Assembly: GCF_004010195.1 (NCBI RefSeq)
Contig: NC_057719.1
Location: forward strand, 71,402,831 to 71,466,830
Direction: 5' to 3'
Source of the DNA: Chiloscyllium plagiosum
Taxonomy: Eukaryota
DNA length: 64,000 nt
This document shows positions 1 through 13,023 of the stretch, piece by piece. The notes beneath the pieces are model-generated. The model did no database searches, was not told the origin of the DNA, and saw nothing but the letters and a program-made list of their open reading frames with translations. The position numbers were made by a program, and so were the translations under genes. Within the stretch, counting starts at the first letter, position 1; each line of letters opens with the position of its first letter.

Positions 1-180
1 TACTTAGCCCTCAACCAGCAACACCATCTGACCATTTACTCTGTAAGCTTAAGGTCTCACTGGGTGCAAATCAACTGTCTTGTTCACTACAATACAAAAG
101 TGACTTTACATCAAAAGTATTTAATTGACCACCAAAATGCTTTTGGGCAGTTTGTGAAAGATGCTATCTAAATGCAAGTT
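1..180 (+). mobile_element. 3' part of a Deu-domain (SacSINE1/AmnSINE1-like) SINE, degraded
   Basis: Resembles the 3' halves of the copies at 30660-30970 and 59355-59700 (caaaagtatttaattgac...gtgaaagatgctatctaaatgcaagt). Confidence 0.5.
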
Positions 181-2069
181 CAGAGGCCCTCAATTTGGCG
201 CTTTCATTTTGAGAACTCACCTCCGCCCTCTGGCCATTCATTGGATGTTCTAAGGAGAATCACATTGCATGACTATTTTGAACTCAGTTTACCTGGAGGT
301 GTGGATCAGAAACCAACGCAGAAAATCCTATCCATTACTTCTCCAGGCTTTGTCACTTAATTTGAAAAAGAAGACTCCTCTTTCCCTGCCAATCCTAATG
401 TCACGTTCAAACATATTATGCTTACATGCAGGAGCTGCTACCTCTATAAATGATCATTTCTTTACTGCTATCTCTCTACCACATACAGAGACCAGTACTT
501 AATAGACAACTTATTTTTTCTGACTTTGAGTTAGTTAATGGCATCAACAATTCACAGGTTAAAGTGGTTTTAATTGCCTGAATTCTAAGTTCTTTTCATA
601 AAATGGCCTATTTGCTAACTCTAGGTAACTACTTCCTGGTTGAAAATAACAACACTAGCTACCAGATTAAGGTCTTCCAACATTCCTCTGTAGCTCTTCC
701 TGCTGCAGGTGGCAGAGAGATTGAGGAGGTTTAACATCAAATAGTTAGAAGTAGATAAGGAGAGGCTGTAACAAAAGGCACTTGATGAAGAGTGAGTACA
801 AAAGTGGATCAGGCAAGTTAGCTGGACAAGTGTATGTTTATGTAGATCTCAAATGAAATATTTATCGCCATTGAGGAGCAATTGTGACAGTTTCAAGAAG
901 CTGTACTAATTAGGGATAAGGAGAAGGAAGCTGAATGACATGTCTCAGCTTTCTCCAGTAACAACCAGATCTTGCTGTTTACACAGTATGTGAACGCTGT
1001 CCAAAGTAGACTGAAGTGTAGATACCAAATTATGGTTGGAATCCTACAAAATACGCCAATTATTGATTCACCATAGTGCAAAATGGAGACTTCGAAACAG
1101 TGTGATCTCAGTTCATCCTAAAGTATGGCAAGCGGCATAAGATACAAGTAAGTAGTTATCATAAGCTCAACAAATCTTACAAACCAAGTCACTGCTTGGG
1201 AGAAATGCCTGAGTGGCAATATTATTGAGAATTTCAGGCGGTGTTAAATAGCTGATCCTCCAAGTAATCATTACCTTTTAAATCAGGGATTCTCAGTCAT
1301 TGGTAGTAGTTATTTGTTTTTTTTTGGTTACTTGGCAAATCAGAATCGTCTAACACTGATGCAAGCAGCAAGTTCACTGAGAGAGGAAGTTACTTAAGCT
1401 TATTAAACAAGGTACTATCCATCAATTCATCTGTTAAAAAGAGGCCACCATATTAACTTGATGAATTTCATAGAATTGAATAATAGTGTCTGTATTTGTG
1501 TTACTAATCCTAAAGCTCAGAGATCAAAGATTAGTTACAATTAAAGTAAAATGAACAAACTTAAGTGAAAGCAAGATTGATATGAGCTAAGAATATGCAT
1601 TGGCAGCAGAACAAAATTTTAAACATGCAGTGAATTGCCAACATAGTCTGATTTATATTTTAAAAAAAGCCTGACTTGCCAAGAATATTAATCTCAAAGA
1701 TACAGGCTAAAGAGAACTTAAGAAGTGTACTTTTGTAAAACAGTTGCGTAGCTTGGCCAACTGGCATTCATTTCCCTGCTTTTCCGCTGCGAGGGCAGCA
1801 GGGATACTTTGTGACAAATTTAAGATCTTAGGATTAAGGGGAGGATAATAGGAGCTCCACTATTCCATGGTTTCAAACATTAATTTAATTGTTTAAACAA
1901 GTTCCCAATGTGGCCAAAATATGCTCTCTCTAAACTAGACTTTAAAAAGATCCCTGATCCATATTCTTTTAATATACAAAATTGCTCGTTTTTTATGAAG
2001 GAAACCTATTCAATGATGATGCAAAACTACTAATACACTTTGTTTGCGATATAAAAATATAAATGTTTT

Positions 2070-2530
2070 GAAGACAATAGGAGCCAAAATAGGCCTTTGA
2101 GCCTGCTCCATCATTCATTATGATCATGGCTGATTATCCACATCAGTACCCTCTTCCTGTTTTCTGCCTATACATTTTGATCCCCACCACCTTAAGAGCT
2201 ACATCCAATATTTTGGCCTCAACTGCTTTCCGTGGTACAGAATTCCATTGGCTCCCCCGTCTCTGAGTGAAGAAATTTCTTCTCATCTGAGTCCTAAATG
2301 GCTTAGACTGTGGCCCCAGATCTCGATTCCCCAGTCATTTGGAATACCTTTTCTGTGCCCATACAATCTTGTCCTGTTAGCTTTTATAGGGTTCAATGTG
2401 GTTCTTCTCATTCATCTAAACCCCGCTGAATACAATCCAAAATGATGCAGTCTTTCTTCAGACGTCAGTTCTGCTGGGCCAAGAATCAACCTTTGTGGCA
2501 TTTCATCCATAGCCAGAACACCATTCCACA
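2070..2530 (-). mobile_element. CR1 LINE 3' fragment, degraded
   Basis: CR1 3' UTR/ORF2-end signature (ttcattatgatcatggctga...cagaattcca...gaagaaatttcttctcatct) shared with other copies in the window. Confidence 0.7.
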
Positions 2531-5184
2531 GGTAAGAAGGGATAAATAACTGGAATTTCTCTAAATAACCCAAAACACACAAACAAACTGATGGATGTGC
2601 ACCGACAAGAATGGCTTTCTCCCTGTTCCGACTGACTTTGGGGACAGTAAGCACTTTTAACTAATAAGTCTTTGTTTTTGAAGGCAAAAAATATGTGTGG
2701 AGAGTTTAGACTGTTGTTGGACTGACGTTATAGCACACAGAGATGATATCACCAAATTCAAGGAAGTGTGTCTGGGATCTTTGCCACTACAGATTCCTCT
2801 GAAAACTTGTTATTAAGGATTCTTCCAGACATTCTTCAGGAGAGTAATCAGGGTTTAGACTGTGCCAGTGCTCCAAGTACCGCATTGGATCTATAATAAG
2901 AGATATTTCAGAAGCAGGAGAGTTGGCCTGGTAAGCTTTTCTTTCCGTCCCCAGACTGCCCACTAACTGAGAAACACAAACAATCTGCAAAGCATCTGCA
3001 AGGTAGGTTTCAGGTAGGGATTCTAAAACTGACTGGTTCACAATGTTATTACACACCACTGGAGCAGGTGGGATTTGAAACCAGGACTCCTGGCCAAGAA
3101 ATAGTGACAGTAGTACTGTGTCACAAAAGCCCTAAGGCAGGGCTTCAATAGTAAGCAAGCAGTTAGTACAAGACATCTGGCTTTCAAATATTAAAATAAG
3201 TGTTCCATTGTCATTTCATCAGTTTTTATAGTGGAAGACACCAGCACCATACCAGGACTTCAAGGGAGTCAGGGGGCAGAGGTGAGTGTAGTGGCCATCG
3301 CTAAGGAGAAGATGCTGAGAAAACTGAAAAGTCTGAAGGTGGATAAATCATCCAGATTGGACAGAAGGGCTAGCTGAGGCAACTGTAGAGGCATTTGTAG
3401 TGATCTTTCAGGAATTGCTCAAATCATTTGGGGTCAAAGAGGACTGGAAATGGCTAATGTACACCCCTGTTTAAGAAGGGAGGGAGGCAGATGACAGGAA
3501 ACTAGATTGGTTAGTCTGACCTTGGTCATTGGTACAATTTTAAGGATAATCCATTATTAAGGATGAGATTGCAGAATGATTGTAAGTGCTGAGTCAGCAT
3601 GGCTTCATCAAGGGGAAATTAGAATTGTTTGAGGAGGCTAGACAAAGGAGAGCTAGTGATTGTGATATCTTTGGGTTCCCAGAAGGCCTTTGACAAGGTG
3701 CCACATAGCAGGTTGCTAAATAAGATAAGAGCCAATGGTGTTAGGGGCAATGTACTGGCATGGATAGAGGATTGGCCAACTGGTAGAAGGCAGAGAGTAG
3801 GGATAAAGGGGTCTTTTTCAGAATCGCAGCTGGTGACAAGTGGAGTTCCACAGAGGTCTATATTGGGATCACAACTGAACACATTACACATTAACGATCT
3901 GGACATAGAAACTGAGGGCACTGTTGCTAAGTTTGTAGATGACACAAAGTAGGTGGAGGGACAGGTAGTGTTGAGGAAGTGGGGAGGTTACACAAGGACC
4001 TGGACAGATTGGCAGAGTGGGCAAAGAAGGGGCAGATGGAATGGAATGTATGAAAGTGTGAGGTTATCCATTTTGGTGGAAGGAATAGAGGCAAGATTTT
4101 TTTTTTTAAATTGGTAAAGGCTTCAGAAAACAGAATCACAAGGGACTTAGTAGTCCAAGTTCAGGATTTCTTTAATGTTAATATATAGGTTCAGTTATCA
4201 TTTAGGAAGGTAATTACAACGTTAGCATTAATTCTGAGAAGGCTAGATTACAACAGCAGGGATCTACAACAGAGGCCGTATAAGGCTCTGGTCTGATTGC
4301 ATTTGGAGTATTGTGAGCAGTTTTGGGCCTCATATCTAAAGAAGGATATGCTGGCATTAGAGGGGTTCAGAGGAGGTTTACAAGAATGATCCTAGGGATG
4401 AAGGGCTTGTCATATGAGGAGCAGTTGAGGACTCTGGGCCTGTCCCCAGTGGAGTTTAGAAGGATGGGGAGAAGGTTTCATTGAAAGTTACAGGACATAA
4501 ATTTTAATGATATCATGGGCTGATATGAATCACAAACCCGTTTTCCTGCCCTCTGATCATGACTCTTGATCCTCATAGTAATCAAGAACCAATCTGTTTT
4601 AAATCCATTCTATTACTTGGTCTCAAAAGTTGATTGGAGTAGGCTGTTCATGGGTAAAGGGATGACTGACAAATGGAAGGCTTTCAAAAGTGTGATAACA
4701 GTGTTCAGAGGCAGAATGTTTCTGTTAGAGCAAAACGTAGGGCTGGGAACAATGGATGAATAAAGATATTGAGGTTCTACTCAAGAATAAGAGAGAATCA
4801 TATATTAGATACAGACAACCAGAATCAAATGAATCTCTTAAAGAATATGAAGAGTGTAGGAGCATTCTTAAGAGGGCAATCAGGAGGGCAAAAAGGAGAT
4901 ATGATATAGCCTTGGCAGATAAAATTAAGAATAACCCAAATAGATTCTACACTTATATTAAGAGCAAAACAGCAACTAAGGACAGAATAGGGCACCTTAA
5001 AGATCAACAAGGTCATCTATGTGTCAGGCCTCAAGAGATGGGAGAGATACTAAATCAATATTGCACATCAGGTTTTACTGTGGAGAAAGAAATGGAGAAA
5101 TAATTATTGATGTTTTGAAAACAGTTCACATGAGGAAGTGCTGTGAAGGCCTTAGAAAACATAGAAGTGCATAAATTTCTGGGA

Positions 5185-5399
5185 GTTGAAACTTTATTGC
5201 TGGAACAGCACAGCAGGTCAGGCAGCATCCAGGGAACAGGAGATTCGACGTTTCGGGCACAGGCCCTTCTTCAGGAATCGGGCCTGTGCCCGAAACGTCG
5301 AATCTCCTGTTCCCTGGATGCTGCCTGACCTGCTATGCTGTTCCAGCAATAAAGTTTCAACTTTGATCTCCAGCATCTGCAGACCTCACTTTCTCCTCG
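5185..5399. mobile_element. Penelope-like pLTR-derived fold-back insertion (family A)
   Basis: 83-bp inverted arms 5184-5266 / 5280-5362 (1 mismatch); 14-bp TSD ataaatttctggga at 5171-5184 and 5400-5413. Confidence 0.85.
5242..5279 (-). ncRNA. Minimal type I hammerhead ribozyme motif
   Basis: GAUUC-CUGAAGA-A-GGGC(CUGU)GCCC-GAAA-CG-UC^GAAUC: 5-bp stem I, 4-bp stem II, complete core, palindromic ACGU in place of stem III. Confidence 0.7.
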
Positions 5400-5902
5400 A
5401 TAAATTTCTGGGACCTGATCAAGTAGGGAAGGTTGGGAAGAAATTGCTATTGGAAGGAGATTTACCAGGATGTAGCTGGGAATGGAGGATTTGAATTATA
5501 GAAATAGGCTGGATAGACTGGGACTTTTTCATTGGTGCTTAGGAGGTTAAGTGGTGACCTTGTAGAGGTGTATAAAACCATGAGGGGCATAGATAAGGTG
5601 AATAGCCCCCTTAGGTGGGTTGTTTAAAACTAGGGGGTATATTTTTTAAGGTGAGATGAGAAAGTTTTAAAAAGGACATGTGGGATAACTTTTTTTTATA
5701 GAGAGTGGTCTGTGTGTGGAATGAACTGACAGAGGAAGTGGTGGATGCAGATACAGTTACAACATTTAAAAGGACATGTAGTTGAGCACATGAATAGGAA
5801 AGGTTTACAGAGATATGGGCTAAACACAGGCAAGTGGGACAAGTTTAGTTTGGGAAATGGTCAGCGTGGACTAATTGGACCATAGGGTTGGTTTCCATGC
5901 TG

Positions 5903-6091
5903 AGTTTAGATCAGAGTGGTGCTGGAAAAGCACAGCAGGTCAAGCAGCATCCAAGGAGTAGGAAAATCAACGTTTCGGGCAAAAGCCCTTCATCAGGAAT
6001 AGAGGCAGGAAGCTTCCAGAGTGGTGGTTTTTCCAGCATCAGTCGGATCTAAACACTGGTTTCCAGCATCTGCAGTCCTCACTTTTGCCTA
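5903..6091. mobile_element. Penelope-like pLTR-derived insertion (family A)
   Basis: Same motif as 5185-5399; TSD gttggtttccatg at 5887-5899 and 6092-6104; hammerhead core CUGAUGA-A-GGGC(UUUU)GCCC-GAAACGUU on minus at about 5965-6000. Confidence 0.8.
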
Positions 6092-6898
6092 GTTGGTTTC
6101 CATGTTGTATGACTCTTTGACTCTGATACTGAGAGGCCTGGATAGAGTGGATATGGTGAAGATGTTTCCACTGGTAGAAGAGACTAGAACCTGATAGCAC
6201 ATCCTCAGAGTGAGGGGACAGCCCTTTAGAACTGAGCTGAGGAGGAATTTCTTCAGTCAGAGAATGGTGAATCAGTGGAGCTTGTTGACAGAGAAGGCTG
6301 TGGAGACCAACTTATCGAATGGATTCAAAACAGATTGGTTCCTGATTAGTATGAGGATCAAGAGTCATGAACAGAGGGCAGGAGAATGGGTTTGTGATTC
6401 ACATCAGCCATGATTGAATTGCAGAGCAGACGTGAGGGCCAAATGACCTGATTCCACTTCTATGTCTTATGGTCTAAACTTTTCACATTTTTGATGACTT
6501 TGAGTACTCTTGTACTTAACAAGAATGTTCCAAATAAATAGGTTCGAGCTACAGCTAAACAATTAAGAACTGGTGACATATAACTCCAAATTCTCATCCC
6601 CTTCTAAAGCCCCGCGACGCAGAGATACAGACAGAGGTATATGAAAATATTGATGTTATGGATGGGGGCGGGAGAGTGACGGGAAAGGCCATAAAATAGC
6701 CCCTGTCTACAGGGATGGGCACTAAATGCAGCCTTGGCCAGTAATTCCCACATCCCATGAATTAATCATAAAAAAGAAACATTTCCTTGTGGTTTAAGCT
6801 GGTAGTTGAAGTGCTCATCAAGCACACTGCTTTTTTCTGGGTGATGTTAAGCTTCTTGAGTGTTGGTGGAGCTGCACTCTCTAAGCAAGCAGAGAGTA

Positions 6899-6985
6899 GA
6901 AAATGTGTTGCTGGAAAAGCGCAGCAGGTCAGGCAGCATCCAGGGAACAGGAGAATTGACGTTTCGGGCATAAGCCCTTCTTCAG
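6899..6985 (-). mobile_element. Penelope-like pLTR fragment (family A, single arm)
   Basis: gttgctggaaaagcgcagcaggtcaggcagcatcc...gacgtttcgggcataagcccttcttcagg; flanked by gagagta at 6892-6898 and 6986-6992. Confidence 0.75.
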
Positions 6986-8234
6986 GAGAGTATTCCATCA
7001 CCCTCTTGACTAGAACCTCATAGATGGTGGACATGATTTAGGAAGATGGAAATGAGTTACATGCCACAAAATTACTAGCTTCTGACCTGCTTTTGAAGTT
7101 GCAGTATTTTGTATGGCTGGTCCAGTACAGTTTTTGATTAGTGGTGGCTGAAGCACATTAAGAGTGGGGGATTCAGCAATGTTAATTCATTTGATTGTCA
7201 AGAAGTGATTAATAACTTCTTCCTTATTGGAAATAGTCACTGCCTGGCACTTCTGTGCTACAAATGTTACTTGGCCTTCATTAGCCCAAGCCTAGATGTT
7301 GTCCAGGTCTTGCTGCAAGCCTCAATGTCTGGTCTTGAACATTGTGCAATTGCCACTTCTAACTTTATGATCAAAGAAAGGAAATTGATGAAGCAACTGG
7401 GTAAAACTGGTTGGGTATAGGATACAACTCTGAGCACCTCCAAAAGTAATGTCCTCAGTCTGAAAAGACTGACCTCCAACCAACATAACAATCATAACTC
7501 TGTGCTATGTGTAAACTCCAACCAGGGGAGAGTTTTATTGTGATTCCAATTGATTCCAGTTTTGCAAGGGTTCATTGATTTCACATTCAGTCAAATGCTG
7601 AAGGATTTCAAGGGCTGTCACTCTCACCTCACTTCTGGAATTCAGCTCTTTTGTCCATGTTTGGACCAAGGCTGTGTTGAGGTGTGGTGCTGAGGGACTC
7701 TGACAGAACCCAAACTGAGCATGAGTGAGGAGGGTAATGCTGAGGAAGGGCCATTTGTTACCAGTGCCTTCCATTACTTTGGTAATGATTGACAGCAGGC
7801 TGACAGGAGGGTGGTAATTGGCCGGGTTGGAGTTTGTTGCTTTTTCAAGGACAGAAGCAGTACTTCCTCTAGGTTTCTTACTGGCCCTTTGGATCACCAA
7901 GGCCCTTATGTGGCAGTGATCTCCAGAATCAGAAGTCACTGCCATGATCAGCATGCAAACACCAATTCCCCAGCAAAGAACTTCAAAATGTCTGTGTAAG
8001 CCACAGAGTTTAGAGAGAACATTTGACTGGAGATAGCTGACAAATTTCCTCATTGGTAGGTAGATACCAGTGTTGTAGTTACACTGGAACAGTTTGAATA
8101 CTGATACAGCTATTTCTGGAGCACAAGTCTTCAGTACTATTAGCTTCCTTGATATCACATGGAGTGAATTGAATAGACTGCAGGCTGCCACTTATGAAAC
8201 TAATGTCCTCAGAGAGGGCTGAAGTGGGTTATCA

Positions 8235-9930
8235 CTTGACAAATCTAGATCCAGCCCAGCAGCTTTGTCCCTCAGAAATCAGAGGTATGAAGTGACTTTG
8301 AGAGCATTGAGAGAGAGAGGGTATTAAAGATTTGTGCAGGCTTGAAAGTGGATAAATTCATAGGTGAGATGAGTTGTATCCTAGATTGCTATGAGAAGCA
8401 AGAGAAGAGATTGTGGGGGCTTTGACATTAATTTATAAATTCTCTTTAGCTACAGGACTGGTACCAGAGAACTGGAGGACAACTAAAATAGTACCATAAT
8501 TCAAGAAGGGCGATAGGAATAAAAAAGGGAACTGCAAGCCAGTAGGTTTAACATCAGTGGTAGGGAAATTACTGGATGGACTTCTGAGAGGTCAGAAGTA
8601 ATCTCTGCTTGGAAAGGCAAGGATTCATCAAGGCTACTCAGCATGGCTTTGTCTAACAAATCATGTCTGGAGATCATGTCTAACAAATTTGATTGATTTT
8701 TTTGAGGAGATGTCTATGTGGTGCAGTTGATGTGGTCTATATGGACTTCAGTACAGCTTTTAAAAAGGTCTCACTTGGCAGACTGTTTAAGAAGCTAAGA
8801 GCCATGGGATCTGGGGGAATTGAGAAAATAAGCACTAAAGTAGGCTGAGTGGGAGGAAGCAGAGGGTGATCATCAATGGATGTTTGTGACTCAAAACTTT
8901 TATCAAGTGACATACCATAGAGATTGGTTTTGGGTCCCTTTCAGTATGTGGTGTACATTAATAATCTAGACTTGACTGTAAGGGATATGAGCAATAAGCT
9001 TACAGATGACATGAAAATCATTGATGTGGTGAAAGTGAGGAAAGCCTCAGAATTTCAGGATAATTAGATGGGTTGAACAGTGGTAAATGGAATTTAACTC
9101 TGAAAAGTATGATGTGATGCATTTTGGGAGGAGTAACAAGGGAAGGGAGTATATCTTGAATGACAGGATCCTAGGAAGGATCCAAAAAGATCTCGATGTG
9201 TTTGATCATTGATCTTTGAAAGCAGCTAGACAGGTAGATAAGATGGTTAAGGTCGCATTTGAAATACTTGCCTTTATCAGCAAAGGCAGGGACGAAGGTT
9301 ATGATGGAACTGTATACAACATTAATTACACCAGAACTGGAGTTATTTATACAGTTCCTCACCATACTATCGGATGGATGTGCTTAAACTAGAGAGGGTA
9401 ATGAGGGGAGTAACCAGGATGTTGCCAGGACTGGAACAAATTATCTATAAAGAGAGACTAGATCAGCTGAGGCTGTTTGGAGCAGAAATGGCTAAGGAGG
9501 GACATGATTAAAGTATAGAAAGTTATAAGGAGTATAGTTAGGGTAGATAAGGAGAAGTATTTCCCCTTAGAAGAGGGGTTAATAACTAGGGACCACAGTT
9601 CCCAGGTAAAGAGCAGGAGGTTTAGAGTGGACAGATTAGCGGTCTACAGCACAGAAAAAGGCACTTTGGCCCATCAGAATGTGAGGGAAAAACTTTTATC
9701 CAGAGACTGCTGGCTATCTGGAACTCAGTACCTTAAAGGGTGGTCGAGGCAGGAACATTAAACCAATTAAAAAGTATTTAGATAAGCAGTCGAAACATCA
9801 TAGCATACAAAGCTCTGGACCAAGTAGTGGAAAATGGGATTAGAATAGATTGATATTTGATGAGTAGTAGGGCCAGGAAGGACTGAAAGGTCTTTATCCA
9901 GGTAGTAAAATACTTTACAATTGTGAGATT
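8235..9930 (+). mobile_element. CR1 LINE ORF2 and 3' end, degraded
   Basis: Frameshifted CR1 RT motifs (ccagagaactggaggacaactaa, tatggacttcagtacagcttt, gcttacagatgacatgaaa) and CR1 3' UTR. Confidence 0.85.
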
Positions 9931-10488
9931 TATGAGGATGGGCATTGAAGTCCCCTACCTAGAGTACATTCTGTACCCTTCCTCCCTACTGCACACCACT
10001 TTGTCAGCATCTTTGCTGGGTCTATCCAGCTGGTAGCATCTGCGATATTGTTTGTAAGGTACCATTCAGTGATTCTGACGACAACACACTGTTGTTTAAC
10101 CACACTGTAGGACAGCACTCTCAACCTTGGTACAAACCCCCTGCCCCCAAAATATTCGCAAGCAGGATTTTGCATGGTCAGCATGGCTAATTCTGCTGTT
10201 GTCATTTCCATTGCCTAGGTTGTTGCTGGCTGGTCCATTTGGGGTTTATTCCATTTAAAATTTGTAGCAGTTTGACACAACTGAATGAGCTTCCTAAACC
10301 ATTTCACTACCTTCCATTCAGATTTATGCACTAAATCTCCACCATACTGTTGTGGCGAGATTTGAACTGATATCTCCAGACAATTAGCCTTGGTCTCCAT
10401 TACTAGTTCAACTAAAATTACCATTATATCATAATATAATAATATCATAATATCATAATATGGAGTTGGGTTACAGCTTTAAAAAATA

Positions 10489-10705
10489 CAGTCAGTTCTG
10501 CTATAACATGTGTAACTTCAACGCAAATTAGCTTTAACACAATTGAAGAATTGACTGTTATTTGTAGAACGTGACCTTTCCTTACCTGTATTGGCTATAT
10601 CGCGATTCCGGCCCCAGCAGTTTAAATGGTGCAGTTATTGCGCAATTCTCTTAGAGCACACGGTCACACGAGAATGGAACTATCACATTATATCAGAACC
10701 AACTG
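10489..10705. mobile_element. Tc1/mariner (Tigger/pogo-type) MITE
   Basis: Imperfect terminal inverted repeats cagtcagttctgctataac / attatatcagaaccaactg with CAGT...ACTG ends; TA on the left, CA on the right; no ORF. Confidence 0.65.
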
Positions 10706-10933
10706 CATTCACACATGACCTCAGCGTAGCCCAAACTTTCATGGTTGTGAAATTTCATCTGCTCATCTTTTATATTTGATTTTCACGTAATTGCATTACA
10801 GATGGGAAAATTGTCTCTTAGATATGACAAGTGAAGCATTAATCTGTGTGTGGTCAAGGTATACACCTTTACAGAAATTACAGCTGAGTATTTGGTGGAT
10901 CGGGATTTTGAAGCAAAAGCCTTGGTGAAATGC

Positions 10934-10939
10934 TTTATT
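10934..10939 (-). promoter_or_regulatory. Candidate prkd1 polyadenylation signal (AATAAA)
   Basis: AATAAA on the minus strand about 1.05 kb past the stop codon, at the end of a repeat-free AT-rich stretch; motif only, no transcript evidence. Confidence 0.35.
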
Positions 10940-11993
10940 AGCTTGGTTTCTGAAGAGATCAGACCAAGTGATTAGTCATGTGAAAAGCAAAGTCGTGTAA
11001 TTGGAGAGGTATCAAGGAGCTTATATGCTTATGTGCACATATATGAGGACTGTATGCTTACATGCTAGAAGGTTCAAAAGTTTCATTCCATCTTTAATTT
11101 TGAACTTGTGGCAATAAATATTGAAAGCCACTTGGACACAAAATTTCTTTGTTAGACACAGGCTGACAACATTTCCATTAATTCAAATCTTCTAAACAAG
11201 AAACCATGTGGTATCAAGCAATTTTTAGTTAAAATGCTACAACATAAAGAAAGTAGCAGAATTTGACCTAACCAATCCTTTAGAGACACTGTTACTAAGG
11301 CATTGAGGCTTACAAGAGCAGCTCACATTTGTATATTTAAAGAAGTCTTCAATTGTTGTACATCTTGAGTATTGTTCCCTCATTACAGTTTGTTGCTGAT
11401 AAGCTATACATTTTGAACATAATTATCCCAATGGTTGCACGTATGTTTTAAAAATCCTTTGTTCTTAACAAGCTGAAAATTGTTCACAGAACAGCTATAA
11501 TGTTACACTCTTCCAAGAGTTGTTATGTAGCTAAATACTTAAAGAGGTTAAAAACATTTTATAAAGCAAAATTTACAAGTTAGTTCTTACCCCCAACTCA
11601 GGCTGCATTATCAGTAAATGGAAAGGCACACTGGAAACTGTTTATGGAATGAGAAAAATACAATCTATTCACTTAAAGGTTTTTGATTTAGTGCTTGCCA
11701 TTAGCACAGGGTGTACAAGAACATAGTCGCCCACACACAAAAATATACACACAATGTTGCTTGAATGCAATAAGTGAACTTGTCAAAGTTGAAAGTCTCA
11801 GTACAATACGATTTCATTATTGAACTGGGGATGAAGCTATTAGAACAGCAGCTGCATTGCAAGTTTACATTCACCAGTAGAAATTAGCAAGCATTCCCTC
11901 CTCGTTGTGGTTGGAGTAGAAGTTGCAGTTACCTGACATAAGTTCTTTTCACTTGCTGATACACTTGCTACAACACTTGATTCCGATTTTGTT

Positions 11994-12212
11994 TCAAAGA
12001 ATGCTGACACGTTCACTTAGAGCCTTCATTTCTGCCTCCTCTACCTCAGTGTTCTCAGTACAATCAGTTTTATGATTGACTAGGTGCATTGGATATTCCA
12101 AACCATGCTCTCCAGCAAACTGTTGCCAACGGGAATCATCACTCTCATGTGTGATATAGCGTTCTCCAAATTTGCACTCAAGCTCTCGTAGATCCAACCA
12201 TGTTTGGTAGTC
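11994..12212 (-). CDS. prkd1: Protein kinase D1, last coding exon
   Basis: [26 protein letters not shown]...[15 protein letters not shown]. The -ERVSIL tail (autophosphorylation serine and PDZ ligand) is the PKD1 type, not PKD2 or PKD3. Acceptor ttttgaag. Confidence 0.97.
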   Translation of the reverse strand, partial: DYQTWLDLRELECKFGERYITHESDDSRWQQFAGEHGLEYPMHLVNHKTDCTENTEVEEAEMKALSERVSIL

Positions 12213-13023
12213 CTTCAAAACAAAGATGAAGAAAAGGAACAATCAAGCTGCATGGTCAAAATATGGCTAATACAGAGTTGCAACCCTTTAGACAGAATAT
12301 TACAAATTATACCTTTCTTGTTCACCCTTGGAATACTGGATCTTTATTGCATAGAGGGTTATTTGGAGAAAAGTGCTTTTTAAGGTATATTCATATAATA
12401 TTTTAAAGGAAAAACACCAAATATAAGATAGTTAAAATGGAAATGAAGAAGAAATGGAAACTGCTTCCAATGAACAACAAATGATTTGTCAGCCTGCATT
12501 AGTAAATAAGATACACCTTGCATCCACTGAGTTGTGAAGTCTCTGAAGTACTTAAAGAGTATTTTGTTTGAGTTATATGATGACTATCAATATGAGCAGC
12601 ACAGCAAGTTAATTATTTTGCATTACTACAGACAGGTAAGTTGCGTTGTTTAAATGGAGTCCAATCATAACCATGGGCTTTGATGCTCACTTGCTGTAAA
12701 AGACAAAAAGCATAATGGTTCACTTCAGCCACATCTCATCGAAGGGTTAATAACCTGTTGATTGAATGATTTGAGGAGCTCCAATATGATTAACATTCTG
12801 TACGCACAGTATTATCTTACACCAACATATACATTGAAATTGAGCAGTAAAGCTATGACATTTAACTTGAGCGGTAACATCTGATGAACAGTAGTGAATC
12901 CACAGCCTGTTATGCATTTCAGTCAATGGGCCTTTCTATTGAAATCAATAGGAAATAGAATTAGGTGGAGTGTAATACAATTGGCTGTAATGTATACTAC
13001 CAGCCAAGGTAAATAAGAGTCAA

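Larger units (their letters stand above)
3225..6475 (+). mobile_element. CR1 LINE ORF2 remnant with a second CR1 (about 4620-6125) nested inside
   Basis: ORF 3629-3952 has RT motifs QKAFDKVPH, SGVPQRSILG, KFVDDTK; ORF 4756-5103 is the EN-RT linker (KNNPNRFYTYIKSK); ORF 6210-6413 is the CR1 C-terminus (RRNFFSQRMVNQW). Confidence 0.9.
6770..10430 (-). mobile_element. CR1/L2-group LINE remnant with LF-SINE-like head, split by a CR1 insertion
   Basis: ORF 7535-8191 has RT-region motifs NPANYHPPVSLLSIITKVME and AQFGF; GDFNAH endonuclease motif near 9940-9960; tRNA-like head remnant about 10330-10430; same family as 24708-27861. Confidence 0.7.

Noticed and set aside
11994..12212. Assignment to prkd2 or prkd3
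   Set aside because: The -ERVSIL terminus, [15 protein letters not shown] linker and [16 protein letters not shown] context match PKD1 as I recall it; PKD3 lacks this tail.
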